The translations under genes and the position numbers were made by a program. Of a stretch of 64,000 bases of DNA, positions 43,906 through 52,076 are shown in pieces (the first letter of the stretch is position 1; every line of letters starts with the position of its first letter). The notes below the pieces were generated by a model that was not told the origin of the DNA, searched no databases, and was given only the letters and a program-made list of their open reading frames with translations. This DNA comes from Nitrospirota bacterium (lineage in GTDB: Bacteria; Nitrospirota; Thermodesulfovibrionia; Thermodesulfovibrionales; JdFR-86): contig CAVRJY010000004.1 of NCBI GenBank assembly GCA_963721805.1, positions 256,001 to 320,000 of the forward strand, read 5' to 3'.

Positions 43906-43999
43906 TTCAAAGACCATGCCTGGATCTAGAACTTGATATCCCATTGATTTCTAACGATTTTATTTTTGACGGTCCCACGCACTCCGTCAATCGGCTGAC
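43906..43999 (-). promoter_or_regulatory. sigma54-type promoter with IHF-like sites and upstream activator palindromes
   Basis: AGGCATGGTCTTTGAA (GG-N10-GA) at 43921-43906; TTGACGG-N11-CCGTCAA (43966-43990) overlapping GTCA-N6-TGAC (43986-43999). Confidence 0.6.
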
Positions 44000-44162
44000 A
44001 AAACGCTGGATTCCCAACTGGGGGCCGACTGGCCCCCCCTCACTATTCGCGTGGCCGACCGGCCCCGCTCATTACGGGGCTGCGCCCCACTTGCACCCCC
44101 TACGAATGAGGAACATAGATTGCCGGAGGGGATGCAAAAGTTACGGAAAGGAATTGAAGATT

Positions 44163-45809
44163 TTAGGAAGAGGTGCCCGTGGCACCCGTGGCACCTGTGG
44201 CCCCCTCGACGGGGAGGAGGACGCGGAAGGTGGTGCCCTTGCCTGTGGTGCTGCGCACCGTGATATCTCCGCCGTGGCGCTTGATGATGCCGTAGCTCAC
44301 CGGCAGGCCGAGGCCTGTGCCCTTCCCCACGGGCTTGGTCGTGAAGAACGGCTCGAATATCCGGCCGAGGTTTTCGTCAGCTATGCCCGGGCCGTTGTCA
44401 GTGAACTCGGCCTCGACGAAGTCCGCCCCCGATGCGTCCCTGGCCACCCGTGTGGTAATGTTCAGTTCGCCGCGGTTGTCCATCGCGTCTACGGCGTTTT
44501 GGATGATGTTCAGTATGACCTGCTGGATCTGGTTTGAGTCCGCAAAGACCCGCGGGAGCCCCTCGGCGTACGAGGTGGCGATCATCACCTCCCTGAACTT
44601 CGACTGGTTGCGCAGTATCGTGACCGAGGCCGCGATCAGCTTGTTTAGGCTCACTGCCGCGCGCTCGGCCGGGGCCATCCGCGCAAAGCCCAGCAGGTCG
44701 CGTATGATCCGGGCGCAGCGCTCGGTCTGCGTTATGATCGCATCGAGGTCCTCGTGGTCCTCGGGCCGGTCGGCGGGGGTGCGGGCCTTCAGCAGGTGGG
44801 CGAAGGTCAGCACCCCGGTAAGGGGGTTGTTGAGCTCGTGGGCCACGCCGGCCGCCATCCGCCCGAGCGAGGCGAGCTTTTCGGCCCCCAGCATCTGGTC
44901 GTGGGCGAGGGCTATCTCAGAGGTCTTGCGGTCGACCTCGGCCTGCAGTTGCTCGTTCCAGGTCTCGAGCTTCACGCGGTAGGCCCTGATATCAGAGGCC
45001 ATCGAGTTGAAGGCCGAGGCGAGGCGGCCCATCTCGTCGCGGCTTTGGATCCCGATCGGGTGGATGAGCTCGCCCGAGGCGAGCTCCTGCATCCCGCGCC
45101 CCAGCGCGGCCATCGGCTTGGTGACGAACCTGCGAAGGACGAGGTATATCGCCCCGAATACGATCAGCGAGAGCACGACCCCGTAGGCCGCAACGCCAAG
45201 CGCGAGCCTCCGCGTCCCGGCCGTGAGGCGCTCGGCCGATACCGTGAGCCTGAGCACCCCGAGCACAGGCAGGGCCTGGGGGTGCTGGTGGCATGCGGCC
45301 GTGAAGCACTGGGGCTCGTTCGCTATCGGCATGAAGTAGCGCACGACGGGCGCCCCGTCGCTGTCGGCGGCCGGGCCGGTGGCCGAATCCATCGGCGCGG
45401 TGACGGCCTCGGTCGTGCCAACGCGTCCGGCCGAGGAGCTGAACGTCACCCTGCCTGAGGGCGCGATTACGTCTATCGCGCGCACCTCCCTTGCGTTTAC
45501 CAGCTCCGAAAGCGTGGCCGAGATCTCGTTACGGAGCCCGCCGAGCATATCGCGCCTGAGGGCGTGGCCGGTGATGTCAGAGGCGAACCGAGCCTCGGCG
45601 CGGAGGTTTCCCAGCATCACGGACTTTTCGTGGTTGTAAAGCAGCAGGCAGAACACCGCGCCGAAACATGCAGCCACGAGCCCCACGCCTAGGATGAGCC
45701 TTCCGGCCAGAGAGTTTATGGGGTTGTTCACGCCCAATTCTCCCATATGGCTTGAGGCAACGTCAATATACAGGGAAAGCTGCTGCAATCGCGGGGGCGA
45801 CTGCCCCAT
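44163..45809 (-). CDS. Membrane sensor histidine kinase (periplasmic CxxxxCH domain, HAMP, HisKA, HATPase); true start likely about 45730-45750
   Basis: Two TMs, CFTAACH, DEMGRLASAFN, AHELNNPL, NAVDAM, FFTTK..GTGLGL. Confidence 0.92.
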   Translation of the reverse strand: MGQSPPRLQQLSLYIDVASSHMGELGVNNPINSLAGRLILGVGLVAACFGAVFCLLLYNHEKSVMLGNLRAEARFASDITGHALRRDMLGGLRNEISATLSELVNAREVRAIDVIAPSGRVTFSSSAGRVGTTEAVTAPMDSATGPAADSDGAPVVRYFMPIANEPQCFTAACHQHPQALPVLGVLRLTVSAERLTAGTRRLALGVAAYGVVLSLIVFGAIYLVLRRFVTKPMAALGRGMQELASGELIHPIGIQSRDEMGRLASAFNSMASDIRAYRVKLETWNEQLQAEVDRKTSEIALAHDQMLGAEKLASLGRMAAGVAHELNNPLTGVLTFAHLLKARTPADRPEDHEDLDAIITQTERCARIIRDLLGFARMAPAERAAVSLNKLIAASVTILRNQSKFREVMIATSYAEGLPRVFADSNQIQQVILNIIQNAVDAMDNRGELNITTRVARDASGADFVEAEFTDNGPGIADENLGRIFEPFFTTKPVGKGTGLGLPVSYGIIKRHGGDITVRSTTGKGTTFRVLLPVEGATGATGATGTSS

Positions 45810-45876
45810 TGCTTTGTGCCGTGAAAAAGTGAGCGGTACTTCAGCACCGCAATAGGGAGAGGTGCCCGTGGCACCC
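44169..45876 (+). repeat. 19-bp direct repeat pair with palindromic core flanking the kinase gene
   Basis: AGAGGTGCCCGTGGCACCC at 44169-44187 and 45858-45876. Confidence 0.8.
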
Positions 45877-45949
45877 CCTGTCCACCCGGATAAAAACGCC
45901 GGAATGAAAGGGGCCCTGGACGCCCCGCTGAAGCATGGTATAATTCCGC

Positions 45950-46963
45950 ATGCGGATAGAGTTTTTGATATTCGACCTCGACGGCACTTTAGTGGAGACC
46001 TCAGAGGACCTCAGAGACGCCGTAAACCATGCCGTGACGCCCTTCGGCGCTGGGCCTTACGACGCGCCCGCGACGATCTCGATGGTCGGCGCGGGCATCG
46101 GGGAGCTCGTTAGAAAGGCGCTCGGCCCGGCGCAGGCCGGCCATTACGACGAGGCGTTCGCGCTATTTATGGAGTACTACACCGCGCACGTCGCCGACCA
46201 CTCGAAGGCGTACCCGGGTGTGGAGGCCGCTCTGATAGCGCTGAAGGATCTGCGCAAGGCGGTGCTGTCGAACAAAAACGAGGCGCTCTCTAGGCTGCTG
46301 CTCGACAAGCTCGGGCTTTCGAAGCACTTCGACCTGATCGCGGGCGCGGATACGTATGCCGATCTAAAACCCTCGCCGCTTCCGATACTGCGGATGCTCG
46401 CCTCGCTCTCGGTGCCGATCAACCGCGCGATGATGATCGGCGACAGCTCGCAGGACATCGAGGCGGGCAGGCGCGCAGGGCTCCGCACGGTCGGCTGCGC
46501 CTACGGGTTTCGAGGCCGCGCCGCGCTCTCGGCCGCGGACTTCGTGATCGACTCGATCGAGGAGCTTCCGGGGCTGCTCGCCGCATACGAGGGCCCGGGC
46601 GAGAGGCGGAAAGAGGAGCGGCTCCGTCTGCCGGAACCGTTTCGGGAATACCTCAACGCGACCGTGCGCATCGGGGACGAGGACGTGCATGTCGAGGTCG
46701 ACGAACTGAGCGAGCACGGCCTGCGGATCTTCTGCCCGGTGCCGTTTGACGAAGGCACGAAGCGGACGCTGCGCGTCTCGATGCCGCAGTCGCACCAAAA
46801 AGAGGTCGGGATCGAGGCCCTGATCCACCACTGCTCGGACGCCTCCAACAGCACAAGCTTCCGCGCCGGCGGGCAGGTCACGCACGTCGACGACGAACTC
46901 CTCTACAGGGTATTTAAAAACACCTTGAGCTTCATCACGAACCGCGCGGGAAGGGTCTTTTAA
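45950..46963 (+). CDS. HAD phosphatase (phosphoglycolate phosphatase-like) fused to a C-terminal PilZ-like domain
   Basis: FDLDGTL, SNK, KPSP, IGDSSQD; then RRKEER..DELSEHG. Confidence 0.85.
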   Translation: MRIEFLIFDLDGTLVETSEDLRDAVNHAVTPFGAGPYDAPATISMVGAGIGELVRKALGPAQAGHYDEAFALFMEYYTAHVADHSKAYPGVEAALIALKDLRKAVLSNKNEALSRLLLDKLGLSKHFDLIAGADTYADLKPSPLPILRMLASLSVPINRAMMIGDSSQDIEAGRRAGLRTVGCAYGFRGRAALSAADFVIDSIEELPGLLAAYEGPGERRKEERLRLPEPFREYLNATVRIGDEDVHVEVDELSEHGLRIFCPVPFDEGTKRTLRVSMPQSHQKEVGIEALIHHCSDASNSTSFRAGGQVTHVDDELLYRVFKNTLSFITNRAGRVF

Positions 46964-47011
46964 GGGGGCGGCTGTCCCGCTCCTGAGAAACATCGCTAGT
47001 ACAAATATGCC

Positions 47012-47926
47012 CTAGATCGCGAGTGCGGCGCGGTTGGCCGCGATGAGCATCGAGCCCTTCTCTAATCCGAGCACGCGCGCGACGACCTCGCACTTCGACT
47101 GAAACAGGAATATGATCTCGGCCTGATCGTCCCCGAGGAGCGTCTCGAAGTTCCCCTGGCCCTTGCTTATGATCAGCGTGCCGGGGCGGCGGAAACGCTC
47201 GACGAACTCCGGAGGGCTCAGCTCAAGTATAGTCCCGACGCAGTCCGTGCCGTTGTCGATCACCTCGCACGCCTCGTCGAGCCCTATCGCGCGCGCGTCC
47301 TCCATCGTAGCGTCGTTGATGATCGGGCCGCCCTTTGCCACAGCGGTCACGCGCTTGCCCATCCCCGTAAGCGTCTCGATCAGGAGGCGGTCGAATACGG
47401 CCTCGCCGGTGTTGTCGAGCAGGTAGAGGATATCGTCGTGGCGCTTAAGCGCCGCAAGCAGCGCCGCGTATTCGTCGACCTCCAGAGGCCGCGTGAGAGC
47501 GCGCTCGACCGTGCCCTCTATATCGACCGTATCGTAAATACCAAAGTCGATCACGTTGCCGGCTACCGCGATGCGCACGGCGGTATGCAGCGGGTCCTCG
47601 CTTGCGTTGATGCGCGTCTTGAGGCTCGGGTACAGCGCCATGGCCTTGTGGTTGTATTCGTCCTTCACCGCGCGGTAAGGGTCCACGCCGAGGGCCTCGC
47701 GGATGGCGCGGTGCATGTACGTCGTGCCGTGGGCCGGGGTGGTAGAGATGTCGGTGCGGGTGGCGTGGGCGAGAGCGGCCAGTATAGCGGCCATCGCGCG
47801 CGGGTTGCCCTCGAGCTCGCCGCCGGTGCTAGCCCCCGCGAGCCTCAGCGCTATGACCGATTGCCTGATGAAGCACGGGAAGCAGTCCTCGTGCACCTTC
47901 ATCCGCCTGCCGTCGAGATATCCCAT
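47012..47926 (-). CDS. DUF89/ARMT1-like damage-control phosphatase
   Basis: CFPC, DPY..K, AGNVIDFG, DNTGE, NDAT, SKGQGNFE. Confidence 0.9.
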   Translation of the reverse strand: MGYLDGRRMKVHEDCFPCFIRQSVIALRLAGASTGGELEGNPRAMAAILAALAHATRTDISTTPAHGTTYMHRAIREALGVDPYRAVKDEYNHKAMALYPSLKTRINASEDPLHTAVRIAVAGNVIDFGIYDTVDIEGTVERALTRPLEVDEYAALLAALKRHDDILYLLDNTGEAVFDRLLIETLTGMGKRVTAVAKGGPIINDATMEDARAIGLDEACEVIDNGTDCVGTILELSPPEFVERFRRPGTLIISKGQGNFETLLGDDQAEIIFLFQSKCEVVARVLGLEKGSMLIAANRAALAI

Positions 47927-47957
47927 CAGATATTGTAATCGTACCAGCCGGAGGTAT

Positions 47958-48728
47958 TCAAACGCCGAACATCTGCGAGCATTCGTACCGGCTCGCGACG
48001 TGCAGGGCCGGGCCGCCCGCGCCGAGCACCTCGCGGTGGCACTTAAGCGCGTGGCGCGGGGTGTTGTTCGTCTCGGACAGATGCGCGAGGCAGGCCCATC
48101 TAAGGCTGCGGCCATGGGCGCTCAACAGTTCGGCGGCCTCGAGGTTCGATATATGCCCGCGCGGGCCCCGGATGCGGCGCTTGAGGTGCTCGGGGTACGG
48201 GCCCTCGTCGAGCATCTTGGGGTCATAGTTGCTCTCTAAAAACACGGCGTCGAGCCCGGCGATCAGCTCGCCCAAGCCCTCAAACACATGGCCCAGGTCG
48301 GTCAGCACCCCAAGCCTCCGGCCTCCGTATGAGATCACGAAGACCGAGCCCTCGGCAGCGTCGTGCGGGGTGGGGATGCTCTCGACAGTGACCTCGCCTA
48401 TGCGGATGGCATGGCCGCGCCTGAATGTGCGGACGTCAGAGAGCTTGCCGAGCGAGCCGGCGGCAGCGTCCATCGTCTTTGCGGTGGCGTAGATCGGCAT
48501 GCCGAACTTGCGCTGGAATATCCCGGCCGAGCTTATGTGGTCGCTGTGGTCGTGGGAGATGATGAGCGCGTCGACGCGCGTGATGTCCTCTCCGAGCGAG
48601 GCGAGCCGCTCCTTTGCGCGGATGCCGGAGAGCCCTGCGTCGATCAGGATTCGCACCCCGCCGGCGCGGACGAAGATCGAGTTTCCGTTGCTGCCGGACT
48701 GTACCGATGCGGCGTGGATGCGATGCAT
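47958..48728 (-). CDS. Metallo-beta-lactamase fold hydrolase (YycJ/WalJ-like)
   Basis: SGSNGN, DAG, SHDHSDH, PHDA, ESNYD, GHISN, AHLSETNN. Confidence 0.9.
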   Translation of the reverse strand: MHRIHAASVQSGSNGNSIFVRAGGVRILIDAGLSGIRAKERLASLGEDITRVDALIISHDHSDHISSAGIFQRKFGMPIYATAKTMDAAAGSLGKLSDVRTFRRGHAIRIGEVTVESIPTPHDAAEGSVFVISYGGRRLGVLTDLGHVFEGLGELIAGLDAVFLESNYDPKMLDEGPYPEHLKRRIRGPRGHISNLEAAELLSAHGRSLRWACLAHLSETNNTPRHALKCHREVLGAGGPALHVASRYECSQMFGV

Positions 48729-48739
48729 AGGGTAGATTA

Positions 48740-49483
48740 TCAGCTTTGCGGCGGCTGCATCAACTGATCCCCGGTGGTGCGCGCAAGCGCGATGGCCGTC
48801 ACCGATGCGGCCCCGGCGCGCCGGAGCGCGCGGCTGCACTCGCGCATGGTAGTGGTGGTCGTGATCACGTCGTCGAGCAGGATCAGGCGTCTGCCCTTGA
48901 CCGCGGGCGTCGCCTTAAACGCGCCGCGCACGTTTTCTATCCTCTGGTGGCGCGAGAGGCCGAGCTGCGGCAGCGTATCGCGCGTCTTTATAAGCGCGTC
49001 CATCCAAAGCGGCGCGCCGGTGATGCGCCCGAGCTCGCGGCCCAGCAGCGCGGTCTGGCTGAACCCGCGCGAAAGCAGCGCGGACTTCGTCATCGGCACC
49101 GGCACGACCGCATCGAACGCCCCGATTAGCGGCATCGTGGCCAGCAGCGCGGCCAGCGGGCGCGCGAGGCGGCGCACAGAGCGGAACTTAAGCTCCGCTA
49201 TCGCCGCGGCCATCGGCCCGTCATACGCACCATAGCACAGGGCCTGGTCGAATGCGGGAGGGTCGGCCATGCACTCAAGGCAGGTGTGCGCCCCGGCGGA
49301 GTGCAGGGGCTTTGCGCATATGCTGCATGAAGCGCCCTCAATCCTGCGGATGCCAGCCCAGCAGGCCGGGCATACAGGGGCGGTCGCATGTCCGGTGGCA
49401 GGGCCTCCGCAGACCGGGCAGCGGGCCGGGTATATGAGATCCAGAAGGAAGGAGGCTACGCGAGCTGGAGTTCTGCCTTGCAT
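48740..49483 (-). CDS. comF: ComF family protein (Zn ribbons + PRTase fold)
   Basis: Multiple CxxC pairs, RGFSQ, LLDDVITT. Confidence 0.88.
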   Translation of the reverse strand: MQGRTPARVASFLLDLIYPARCPVCGGPATGHATAPVCPACWAGIRRIEGASCSICAKPLHSAGAHTCLECMADPPAFDQALCYGAYDGPMAAAIAELKFRSVRRLARPLAALLATMPLIGAFDAVVPVPMTKSALLSRGFSQTALLGRELGRITGAPLWMDALIKTRDTLPQLGLSRHQRIENVRGAFKATPAVKGRRLILLDDVITTTTTMRECSRALRRAGAASVTAIALARTTGDQLMQPPQS

Positions 49484-50004
49484 CGTCCGCAGCGCGGCAG
49501 CAGGATGCCGACCCTGTCGAGGCGCACGCGGTTCTTCGTGCCGCAGGCCTGGCAGTCGACTATGATGTATTCGGGCTCGGCGGGGGGAGGCTCGGGCGTG
49601 TGCGGGTCGGGAGCGTGCGGGGCATCGAGGGTCGCCATGGCGGGCTCCGGCGCGGCCTCTGGGGGCGCATCGGTTTCGGCCTCGCCATATACGCCGAGTT
49701 CCGCGAGAAGCTCGATGAATCTGGCGTCGCGGCTGGTGAGCTCGACCCCCATCCCGTTTTTGACCATCGCAAAGCTCGTCCTCGTCGAGCGGCGCACGGT
49801 GCCGCTTATCGAGGAGCGGGTGCCGTCAGGGAAGATGAGTTCGATATTGGCCGTGCTGCCGACAGTCATTGGCGTGTGCGTGCGGATGAATATCCCGTGG
49901 GCGGAGATGTTGCTCGATATGCCCCTGATCGTGCGGCCATTCACCGTGAACTCAGCCTCGATCCGGCGCATGTAGCGCTTGCTGTCCTGCCTTTTCTGCG
50001 CCAT
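49456..50004 (-). CDS. PilZ-domain protein with C-terminal CxxC..CxxC zinc finger
   Basis: Arg-rich N-terminus + NISAHG; Pro/Glu linker; CQACGTKNRV...CGRC. Confidence 0.8.
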   Translation of the reverse strand: MAQKRQDSKRYMRRIEAEFTVNGRTIRGISSNISAHGIFIRTHTPMTVGSTANIELIFPDGTRSSISGTVRRSTRTSFAMVKNGMGVELTSRDARFIELLAELGVYGEAETDAPPEAAPEPAMATLDAPHAPDPHTPEPPPAEPEYIIVDCQACGTKNRVRLDRVGILLPRCGRCKAELQLA

Positions 50005-50114
50005 ACCCCCCCCCCGCTACAAAATTGTAACATTTATTTCTAGAGATAGAAATAGGGGTAGTGTGTATGCCATTTCATTCATGGCTTTATTGCTTCATTA
50101 CTCGCCTAAGGTAT

Positions 50115-51122
50115 TTACAGCCTTTCTGTGTTAATATCAGTGCTGGTTACTTTATAGGTAGTTGTCTCTTTGCATCTCACATACCCTTTTTCATTGAAAA
50201 TCACATAATTATCTCCGGTTGTCAATGAACTTTTAAATGTCACCCCATTAAACCCAAGATGCTTAAAGTACTCACAAAGATATTGACTTGGAAGATACTC
50301 AAGTGACGCCTCGCGTGGTAAAACTGGCTTGGAAAGCTCTTCACCAAAACTAATTAACATAGGCCTTAACTCATAAAGCTTTTTTAGATCTTCCTCTCCG
50401 ACTATAAAAGGTGATATTGCATATCTCGGGTTTCTCAGGTCTGCTAGATTTAAATCCTTAACTGATTTAAACTCCGCGACTGTAACGGTATCGCCTTTAT
50501 GAGGGCGCACTTCAGCAATAGCAGTTTTATAGTCAGACGAAGCGTATAGATATGGGATTCCAAAGGGGTTTGCCCTTCCACCTGATGTTTCATCAGAAGG
50601 GGGTTTACTCATTTCAGGGCAAGTATAACTTCGGTCTTCTAGGTTTATCCTTGCGCGAAATAGTTTTTTTGGCGATTCCTCATGTAAGTTGAAAAATAAT
50701 TCATCAAATTGACCGACATCAAATTTCTTTGGAAAATAGCGGTTTGAGTGTTTAAGTTCTTCTCGGAATTCATTCCATTGTATAATTTTACTTTGATCCT
50801 GAGATCTTGCAGGAATATATTTATTCCTTGTGAGCGTTTTGTCTTTAAAAATCTCCGATATAAGGCTGTTTATTGTAGACCTCTTTGGCAGCTTGAAAAT
50901 AGCCCAATCATCCTGAATTTGTTCGCTCAAATATTTTCCTTCAACTCCGTCAGACGTAACATATAAATCAATAATAGGCTGAAACAAATCGGATAGTGAA
51001 CTTGGATAAATTATTGGAGTTTTCTTAGTTCCACAGAATGAGCAGTCACCCTTTCCAATTTTCTTTCTTTTGATGAATTGTGACAGGAAATCATCACTGA
51101 AACATTCAGGGCAACAAAACAT
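50115..51122 (-). CDS. RES-domain protein with N-terminal zinc-binding domain
   Basis: CCPEC..CSFC; GGRANPFGIPYLYAS (R), AIAEVRP (E), FKSS (S); AT-rich. Confidence 0.88.
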   Translation of the reverse strand: MFCCPECFSDDFLSQFIKRKKIGKGDCSFCGTKKTPIIYPSSLSDLFQPIIDLYVTSDGVEGKYLSEQIQDDWAIFKLPKRSTINSLISEIFKDKTLTRNKYIPARSQDQSKIIQWNEFREELKHSNRYFPKKFDVGQFDELFFNLHEESPKKLFRARINLEDRSYTCPEMSKPPSDETSGGRANPFGIPYLYASSDYKTAIAEVRPHKGDTVTVAEFKSVKDLNLADLRNPRYAISPFIVGEEDLKKLYELRPMLISFGEELSKPVLPREASLEYLPSQYLCEYFKHLGFNGVTFKSSLTTGDNYVIFNEKGYVRCKETTTYKVTSTDINTERL

Positions 51123-51125
51123 AAA

Positions 51126-52067
51126 TTACCCCTTTCTCGTGATGAAATCTGCCATTAATTCGATATGGTGTTGCATGGAAAGCTTCTTAATGTATCCAAG
51201 GCCGGGGAAATGCTGTCTTTTATAGAGTTCTAAATATTCCTTAGCTGCGTCTGACTTAAACATGTGTGTGTTATGCCGCGAATATTCTTTGTGCAGTTTT
51301 TCCAATGCTTCGAAAAATTTCCCAGCAGTGTTTGTTGGGCTTTCGCCATGCTCAGAAACGAAATGTCTTATAAACATATCATTGTCATCGTCAATATATG
51401 TCATATGGATAGCCACTGCATATGCAGGGCCGCCCGATGTGCGATATTCATCGCCAACAATCAAAAAATCTCCAAACCCACTCATATTCTCGTCGGGAAA
51501 CGTTACATGTAAGTCGGAGAAATGTTCAACCTCTGGATAATCAATGTTCCTTTTTACATTACTTACATTAAACCCATCTCTAACCAGTACACAATTATGA
51601 TGGCTTTCAAAATGCTTACGATAAAGTTTTCCAGCGCTTTTCTCTCTAAATACATGTCGCTCAATGTGCGACAAGCCGCTTGTTATTTCAGATAAGTGTC
51701 TTCCTTCTTTATATCCATCGTGAATTAAGGTTATCCTCTGCCTTCGTTCAACAAAACTTTTGACATGATTAGGTATGCTTTTTTCGTTAACAATATAGCC
51801 CTTTGACATATTACTCTTGCCAGAGTGCTTATCAGCGAGCTCATCCAACTCAGATGACTTATTTGTTAGGTTGCCAACCTGCGGATTAACTATCAATACA
51901 AATTGAACTTTGCGCTTATTTAGCTCGTCAAGAGTACGTTCAAATGGCGGTGAAATTTCATTAACTGGTTCAATAATAGGGCAAATATTACTCGCGGCTA
52001 GAAGCTCAGCGTTTTCTTTTAAAAGAATTAGTTCGTACTGCTTTCCTCTTAAGTATGGATAGTACAT
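51126..52067 (-). CDS. sce7725-family / phage beta-protein-like protein
   Basis: MYYPYLRGKQYEL, PIIEP, GFGDFLIVGDEY..GGPAYAVAIH, FPGLGYIKKLSMQHH, recognised as characteristic of this family. Confidence 0.8.
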   Translation of the reverse strand: MYYPYLRGKQYELILLKENAELLAASNICPIIEPVNEISPPFERTLDELNKRKVQFVLIVNPQVGNLTNKSSELDELADKHSGKSNMSKGYIVNEKSIPNHVKSFVERRQRITLIHDGYKEGRHLSEITSGLSHIERHVFREKSAGKLYRKHFESHHNCVLVRDGFNVSNVKRNIDYPEVEHFSDLHVTFPDENMSGFGDFLIVGDEYRTSGGPAYAVAIHMTYIDDDNDMFIRHFVSEHGESPTNTAGKFFEALEKLHKEYSRHNTHMFKSDAAKEYLELYKRQHFPGLGYIKKLSMQHHIELMADFITRKG

Positions 52068-52076
52068 TTCGGTTAA

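Noticed and set aside
44010..44110. GC-rich short palindromes (also about 57200, 61332, 63170-63290) as an ncRNA
   Set aside because: Look like generic terminator or REP-type hairpins; no recognisable RNA family consensus
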